A DNA stretch of 64,000 bases from an uncultured Acidobacteriota bacterium (lineage in GTDB: Bacteria > Acidobacteriota > UBA6911): NCBI GenBank assembly GCA_963827655.1, contig CAWHCF010000023.1, forward strand, positions 416,001 through 480,000. The letters run 5' to 3'. Position 1 is the stretch's first letter. Each line of letters opens with the position of its first letter. A program made the translations under genes and the position numbers. Shown here in pieces: positions 58,194 to 64,000 of the stretch. A model generated the notes under the pieces. That model was not told where the DNA came from and searched no databases. It worked only from the letters and a program-made list of their open reading frames with translations.

Positions 58194-60320
58194 ATGGTCT
58201 TTGCGATTCCAAGCAGCTTGGCGTCTTTGCGGTCAAGGCGGGTGCGCGCAGCCGGAGTGGCGCTGCTCCTGACCTGTTCGCTCTGGGCGCAAACAGCGCC
58301 GCAGAGAACGCAACGCCCCACCTTCAGAATTCAATCGAACCTGGTCGTGGTTGACGTCACGGTTCGGGACAAGAAAGGAGACCTGGTCAGAGATCTCCGG
58401 AAGGAAGATTTCGCAGTTTATGAAGATAATGCCCTCCAGGAGATTGTGAATTTTTCCCTGGAGGACATCCCGGTGGCGCCTGAGAATCCGGCCCCCGGGA
58501 CCGCGCCCGCGGCTCCCGCGCTCAATTTCAGCGCCGTGCCCGAGCCTGAGCGAAAAAAGCACGAGCTGAAGGACAAGCGCCTGGTAATCCTTTTCTTCGA
58601 TCTATCGTCACTGACGACCGAGGATCTGAGCCGTTCGGTAACGACGGCGGAAGAATTCGTCACGAAGAAGGGCACCCCTCACGATCTGGTGGCTGTCGCT
58701 ACCTTCGGCAGCGTTTTGCAGCTGATTCAAGATTTCACCAACGATCGCGAAGTTCTGGTTCAAACCCTGCGGCAACTCAATCCGACCGAGGCCGGAGATG
58801 CTGCCGCGGAAGAACTCGGCGATGCAGAATCATCCGACGAGATCTTCGTGCCGGATGAGGTGCAGTTCAACATCTTCAACACCGACCGCCGCCTTTCCGC
58901 TCTGGACAACCTGGCCAAGACGTACCGGGAATATCCCGAGCGGAAATCGCTGATCTATTTCTCGAGCGGCTTCAGCACGACCGGGATCGAAAACCAATCA
59001 CAGATCCGATCGACGGTTGATACGGCCAACCAGTCGAACATTTCGATCTACACCGTCGACAGCCGCGGGCTTGTAGCCCTGCCTCCCGGCGGCGACGCTT
59101 CCCGCAAGGCCCCCTCGGGCAGAGCGATGTTCTCCGGCTCGGCCCGCGAGCGCCAGGTGGCAAGCCTTTCCAATTCCCAGGAGACACTCACCACGCTGGC
59201 TCATGACACAGGAGGGACGGCGTTTCAGGACACGAATGATCTCGCTCCCGTTTTTGACAAGGTACTGAACGACACCCAGGCTTATTACATGCTTGGCTAT
59301 TTCTCTTCAAATGCCAAAGAGGACGGGAAGTTCCGCAAGATTCGCGTGGAGGTCAACCGTCCGGGTCTGAAGCTCCAGCATCGACCCGGCTACTTCGCTT
59401 CGAAACAGTTCACCCGAATGACCCAATCCGAGCGGGATCGGCAGCTGGAAGAGGCCCTTGGCCTGGACCGGCCGTTCTCCGATCTGCCTTTCATCCTCCA
59501 GGCTGATTACTTCAAGGATGACGGAACCAACAGCCTGGTTCCAATCTCGATCCAGCTCGCCGGCGATGGAATCCAGTTTGACGAGAAAGGAAATCAACGA
59601 GAGGCGCAATTCGAGTTCCTGGCGCGCCTCGCCGAACCCAAGGGAAAGGTCGCCGGCCTTGCGCGCGATCTGGTTCGCGTCCGCTTGCCGGCGCGCAGCG
59701 CCGAAAAGATCCGCGCCGGCCAGATACTCTACACCACGGGCTTTCAGCTCCGCCCGGGCGATTACGATTTGAAGTTCCTGATTCGAGACAACCGAACCGG
59801 GAAACTCGGCAGTTTCGAGCAGCGCCTGGCCGTGCCGCCGCTCAATGGAAAGACCCTGCAGCTGAGTTCGATCGTTCTCGGCAGCCGGCTGGTCAAACCG
59901 GACGAGAATTCGGCGGGCGTGAGCCACCAACGGCCGGGCGCGGGCTTTCGGTTGCCCGGCGCGCCCCGCGACCCGCTCCTGATCGATGACAAGAAGATTG
60001 TTCCGAGCATCGGCCACGTCTTTCTGAACCGGCAGACACTCTACGTCTACTTCCAGGTCTACGGGGCGCAGGAAGACCGCCAGGCAAAGAAGCCGCATAT
60101 TGAAACCAATCTGTTGTTCATACAGGGCAAAACCAAGGTCCTCGAATCGCAGCCTCATGTGGTTGAAAGTTGGGCCAAGAACAGTAAAGATACGGCGGCA
60201 GTCGCGATGGCGGTTCCGCTCCGGGTTCTCAAGAAGGGAGCGTATACGGTTCAGATTCACGTTCGTGACTGCGTCTCCGACACCAATTTGTTTCAGCGCG
60301 TGCCGCTGGTGATCAATTGA
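58194..60320 (+). CDS. VWA-domain protein (acidobacterial VWFA-related type); start may be GTG 58242
   Basis: TFRIQSNLVVVDVTVRDKKG, LFFDLSS, RKSLIYFSSG, IYTVDSRGL, LAHDTGG, YYMLGY, DGKFRKIRV, RPGY. Confidence 0.9.
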   Translation: MVFAIPSSLASLRSRRVRAAGVALLLTCSLWAQTAPQRTQRPTFRIQSNLVVVDVTVRDKKGDLVRDLRKEDFAVYEDNALQEIVNFSLEDIPVAPENPAPGTAPAAPALNFSAVPEPERKKHELKDKRLVILFFDLSSLTTEDLSRSVTTAEEFVTKKGTPHDLVAVATFGSVLQLIQDFTNDREVLVQTLRQLNPTEAGDAAAEELGDAESSDEIFVPDEVQFNIFNTDRRLSALDNLAKTYREYPERKSLIYFSSGFSTTGIENQSQIRSTVDTANQSNISIYTVDSRGLVALPPGGDASRKAPSGRAMFSGSARERQVASLSNSQETLTTLAHDTGGTAFQDTNDLAPVFDKVLNDTQAYYMLGYFSSNAKEDGKFRKIRVEVNRPGLKLQHRPGYFASKQFTRMTQSERDRQLEEALGLDRPFSDLPFILQADYFKDDGTNSLVPISIQLAGDGIQFDEKGNQREAQFEFLARLAEPKGKVAGLARDLVRVRLPARSAEKIRAGQILYTTGFQLRPGDYDLKFLIRDNRTGKLGSFEQRLAVPPLNGKTLQLSSIVLGSRLVKPDENSAGVSHQRPGAGFRLPGAPRDPLLIDDKKIVPSIGHVFLNRQTLYVYFQVYGAQEDRQAKKPHIETNLLFIQGKTKVLESQPHVVESWAKNSKDTAAVAMAVPLRVLKKGAYTVQIHVRDCVSDTNLFQRVPLVIN

Positions 60321-60428
60321 CCCCGTCTCTGCGGTTAGACCGTTATGTCCGAGCTTATGAGAAATTTGTTCACATTAGAAGCCAGAAGTCAGAAGTCAGG
60401 AGCAAGAATGTGTTGGTAAAAGGCGTTC

Positions 60429-60599
60429 ATGGAATCCTTGCAGTTGGTTGGCTGGCACACTGATCTAGGTTACGGCGGACCTCAAGAAGGAAGGATGAAT
60501 CTCCTGGAGGAAGTCAGCCGCCTGCTGAATGCATATGCAAAGGCGATCTGGCTTGGCTCTGACTCCGAGGTGAGGCAAGAAAACGTCCATGACTCCTGA
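60429..60599 (+). pseudogene. C-terminal remnant of a four-helix-bundle (23S rRNA IVP-like) protein between inverted CAGAAGT heptamer arrays
   Basis: DLGYG...LLEEVSRLLNAYAKAI; flanked by (CAGAAGT)n at 60376-60409 and GACTCCT GACTTCT at 60591-60604. Confidence 0.6.
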
Positions 60600-60669
60600 C
60601 TTCTATCCCGCTGCTTTTGGCGGGATATCAAGGGCGCAGCCCTTGCCTTAGATGGTTGAGGTGATGACT

Positions 60670-61707
60670 ATGCGATCGATTCAGCTTGTCGCTCCGCGAC
60701 AGCTTGAAGAATGCGAGGTAGCGCAGCCGCCCGAGCCCGGGCCGGGAGAAGTCCTGGTCCAGGTTCGAGCCGTGGGGATCTGTGGCAGTGATCTGCATTA
60801 TTACCTGGACGGAAGGATCGGCCGCCACGCCGCCGTATATCCTCACGTGCTCGGCCACGAACCGGCGGGCGTGGTAGTGGCCGCCGGCCCTGGTGTCACA
60901 TACCCGAAGGTCGGCGAACGCGTGGCTCTCGAACCCGCGATAACGTGCCAGCGTTGCGAGTTTTGCCTCAGCGGCCATCCCAACAATTGCCTGCGGGTGG
61001 TCTTCATGAGCTCACCACCCAACCCGGGCTTTTTCCTCGAATACGCCTTGCTGCCGGCCCACAATGCCTTACCCATTCCTGACAGCTTGAGTTTCGCCCA
61101 GACCACTCTGGCCGAGCCGCTGGCCGTCATCCTCCACGTACTCGAGCTGGTTGAGATACGCGTCGGAGACACAGTCGCCGTCCTGGGAGCGGGGCCGATC
61201 GGCCTGCTGTGCGCCGCCGTGGCGCGTACAGCCGGGGCATCAACGGTTTTTGTCGCGGACAGAGTCCCCCACCGGCTGCGACTGGCGCAGGAGGTCGGAG
61301 CCGATATAGCAATCAACATGGCCTCGGAATCCCTGCGCGATGCCGTGCAGGACATGACGCGCGCTCGAGGCGTTGACATCGTCCTGGACGCCGCCGGCGC
61401 GGTTGAAACCATCAACGCGGGAATTGCAATAGCACGACCGGGAGGGCAAATTGCGCTCATCGGCATACCGGGCGAAGCCGAGCTGCCCATCGACCTTCAT
61501 ACCGCGATGGCCAAGGAATTGAACCTGCAAACCATCAAGCGGTCGAACCACAATGCTCAAGCTGCAATCGAGCTGCTCAAGACGGGCCGAATCCGGGATA
61601 GTTTTGTTACCCACCGGCTTCCGCTGGAGAAGACACCTGCGGCTTTCGAAAGCCTGGCCTCTTACGCAGACGGGGTTGGAAAAATCGTGATTGAAATCCC
61701 GGCTTAG
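60670..61707 (+). CDS. Zinc-dependent medium-chain alcohol/polyol dehydrogenase
   Basis: GICGSDLH, LGHE, CxxCxxC...C structural Zn site, GAGPIG. Confidence 0.92.
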   Translation: MRSIQLVAPRQLEECEVAQPPEPGPGEVLVQVRAVGICGSDLHYYLDGRIGRHAAVYPHVLGHEPAGVVVAAGPGVTYPKVGERVALEPAITCQRCEFCLSGHPNNCLRVVFMSSPPNPGFFLEYALLPAHNALPIPDSLSFAQTTLAEPLAVILHVLELVEIRVGDTVAVLGAGPIGLLCAAVARTAGASTVFVADRVPHRLRLAQEVGADIAINMASESLRDAVQDMTRARGVDIVLDAAGAVETINAGIAIARPGGQIALIGIPGEAELPIDLHTAMAKELNLQTIKRSNHNAQAAIELLKTGRIRDSFVTHRLPLEKTPAAFESLASYADGVGKIVIEIPA

Positions 61708-61747
61708 GACGGCGGATAAAAACCAACCACGAAGACTCGAAGAAACG

Positions 61748-63208
61748 CTAAAGCCGGAAAAGCCACTGCACAATGAAGAAGCCGTAGAACAGCGTGCAGA
61801 GCAGAAGGCCCACCTGCCGCCACCTCGGCGGGCGCAGTGGTTCAGGCAGCAAGCGCCGGTTTACGATCAGCAAGTGCGATGCGGAGAAGGCCGAGATGAA
61901 ACCTGCATTGACCGCTCCCAGCTTTATCAGGGTCAGCGGCTGCGCCAGCTGCAGCGCGATACAACCCCACACGGCGAAGGAGCCAAGCAGCGTATAGTAA
62001 ATCCTGCTGACCGAATCGCGCGCGAGCCGCCGCACGGCCGGGCTCGCAGTCCACAGGACGTCGGTCGTAAGCCGGCACATGCTGTCCATGACGGCGAGTT
62101 GGGTCTTGAAGAGAATCCAGAATCCGTTGAGCAGGGTCAGGTGCCACAGAAACGGCCCGTACTTCTGCGCCAGGTAGTGAGCCTGGTAAGCGCCGACTCC
62201 CAGCCCTTGCAGATCAGTCCCGCGCGGCGTAGTCCCGGCCGTAAGGTTGCAGGTCAGAAACATCCCGACAAAACAGCCTCCGGCCCAGAGCGCGCACTGG
62301 TCAGTAAGCACGTAATGCCACCAGGTGCGCCACTGTTTCAAGGTCCCTTCGTTGACGGGAAACACCTTCCCGACGGACGACAACTTGATCTTGGTCCCGC
62401 CCACGGCACTGGCAATGGCGCCGACGCGCGAGCCCATTCCAAAACCCTTGTCTCGCGCCCAATTCGAGATCACCAGGTTACCTACCCCGCCGTTGCCGGA
62501 ATACGGGATCAGCGCCGCGAGCAAGAACCAATCGGGCGGCAAGAAAAACTCGCCGAAGCCAAAGAAGCCTTTAAACGTAAGCCACCACTGCTCCGACGGC
62601 ACGACCAGCAGATTCGTGAGGATCAGGAAAGAGAATGTGAAGGCGAGCATGAACCAGGAGACCAGCTCCAACGTGCGCTGGACGCTGCGTCCAAAGAGCA
62701 GCAGCAGAACCGCCGCGGCAAAGCTGAAATAACCCAGCCACCTCACCGTGCCGGCGTCGGCGGCTTCCGGGAGCGCGCCGTAGATTCCGGCGAACAGGGC
62801 CGCAGCCGAGGTTGCCGCCCACCCCGGCCAACCCTGGTGAAGGACTGCGAACAGGAAGTAAACCGGTCCCCAGAGCTTCGGTCCCGGCGTGGTGCGCATG
62901 AATCCGGTGAAAATGGGCTCGCCCGTGTAGAGCGTGTACCGGACTGCCTCCGTGTTGATGATGACCTGGAGCAGAATCGATACGCTGACCATGACCAGCA
63001 GCCCCGGCCCGTACTTTATGACCGCAGCCGGACCCAGCAGCCACTCGCCGCTCCCGATCGCGGCGGCCAGCAAAATCGCGCCGGGCCCGATGATCTTCAG
63101 GAGATTTCTGAAACTGTACGGAAGCGGAGCGGGCAGAGTGTCGATCTGCCAGCTGGGAAGGTAACGGTCGTGTGCCGGCGACTGGGGAGGCGCTTGATGT
63201 GTGGACAT
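61748..63208 (-). CDS. Nramp-superfamily (YcsG-like) membrane transporter
   Basis: IGPGAILLAAAIGSGEW, RYTLYTGEPI, NWARDKGFGMG; about 11 TM helices; start set at ATG 63208. Confidence 0.7.
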   Translation of the reverse strand: MSTHQAPPQSPAHDRYLPSWQIDTLPAPLPYSFRNLLKIIGPGAILLAAAIGSGEWLLGPAAVIKYGPGLLVMVSVSILLQVIINTEAVRYTLYTGEPIFTGFMRTTPGPKLWGPVYFLFAVLHQGWPGWAATSAAALFAGIYGALPEAADAGTVRWLGYFSFAAAVLLLLFGRSVQRTLELVSWFMLAFTFSFLILTNLLVVPSEQWWLTFKGFFGFGEFFLPPDWFLLAALIPYSGNGGVGNLVISNWARDKGFGMGSRVGAIASAVGGTKIKLSSVGKVFPVNEGTLKQWRTWWHYVLTDQCALWAGGCFVGMFLTCNLTAGTTPRGTDLQGLGVGAYQAHYLAQKYGPFLWHLTLLNGFWILFKTQLAVMDSMCRLTTDVLWTASPAVRRLARDSVSRIYYTLLGSFAVWGCIALQLAQPLTLIKLGAVNAGFISAFSASHLLIVNRRLLPEPLRPPRWRQVGLLLCTLFYGFFIVQWLFRL

Positions 63209-63389
63209 CGCGTGAGTGTAAGGGAAGCCCGCGGACCGAATCAACAAGCTTCGCGGCGCCTGCGTGCTTTTTTTTAACAAAACCACGACGACACAAAGAC
63301 ACGAAGAAACACCAAGGATCTTGCCACTAAGAAACGGTGCTTGCTATGGTTTCTTGGTATCTTTGAGGTTGTTTTTTAGGAGGTAGCTT

Positions 63390-64000
63390 ATGAGAGCTTT
63401 CATGAGCATGTTTGTTTTACTCGTGACCGCCACGTCCTGTTTCATCCATGCGCAAACAGCCCCCGCTAAATCTCAAGCTCCGCCCGTTGCGTTCGTCGAC
63501 GTCAGCGTTCTTCCGATGCAGTCCGAACAAATCCTGCACAACCAGACCGTGATTGTCCGCGGAGATCGAATTGCTGAGGTCGGTCCGTCCACGCGCGTGA
63601 AGGCTCCTGACGGCGCAGTGCGAGTCGATGGGCGCGGCAAGTACCTGATGCCCGGCCTGGCCGAGATGCATGGTCACATTCCGCCTCCGACCTCGCCGCC
63701 ACAGTTCACGGAGTCGGTGCTCTTTCTCTATGTCGCGAACGGCGTAACCACCGTGCGCGGCATGCTGGGCGCGCCCGGCCAGCTCGAACTGCGCGCACGG
63801 GCCAACCGCGGCGATCTTCTGGCGCCTACCCTGTACTTGGCGGGTCCCAGTTTCAGCGGCAATTCGATTGAGTCACCGGCCCAGGCGGCACAGAAAGTTC
63901 GAGAGCAGAAAGCCGAGGGATGGGATGTGCTGAAAGTTCACCCCGGTTTGACCCGGGAGGAGTTTGATGCCATGGCGCGCACCGCGCGCGAGGTTGGGAT
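63390..64000 (+). CDS. Amidohydrolase-family protein (partial, runs off the window end)
   Basis: RBS AGGAGG, signal peptide, DGRGKYLMPGLAEMHGH, ANGVTTVRGM; open to position 64000. Confidence 0.88.
   Translation, partial: MRAFMSMFVLLVTATSCFIHAQTAPAKSQAPPVAFVDVSVLPMQSEQILHNQTVIVRGDRIAEVGPSTRVKAPDGAVRVDGRGKYLMPGLAEMHGHIPPPTSPPQFTESVLFLYVANGVTTVRGMLGAPGQLELRARANRGDLLAPTLYLAGPSFSGNSIESPAQAAQKVREQKAEGWDVLKVHPGLTREEFDAMARTAREVG

Overview
A GC-rich chromosomal segment, most likely from an Acidobacteriota genome. The inference rests on two carboxypeptidase-regulatory-domain TonB-type outer-membrane proteins, an acidobacterial VWA protein and a DUF1549/DUF1553-DUF1501 pair. About 50 genes are recognisable: GT-C-type membrane proteins, fatty-acid beta-oxidation (FadN-like plus thiolase), class II ribonucleotide reductase nrdJ with tandem NrdR boxes, mutY, amtB, a NitT/TauT ABC transporter, two VapBC-type TA pairs, hydrolases and a membrane diguanylate cyclase. 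Several genes are split by 1-nt frameshifts that look like assembly errors. No rRNA, tRNA, CRISPR array or intact transposase was seen. Most notable: (1) two genes split by the ORF track at an in-frame TGA that sits exactly at the catalytic Cys position, i.e. probable selenoproteins (an exported peroxiredoxin, FTGG-U-TRE, and a tandem AhpD/CMD protein, C-E-Y-U, with a clear SECIS-like hairpin); (2) a ~400-nt non-coding, extensively self-pairing element at 11729-12125, either a large ncRNA candidate or a structured MITE; (3) several families of dispersed short-unit inverted repeat elements, one of which still brackets a four-helix-bundle gene remnant; (4) repeated leaderless-type promoter architecture. 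All family calls come from motif recognition by eye, not from database searches.
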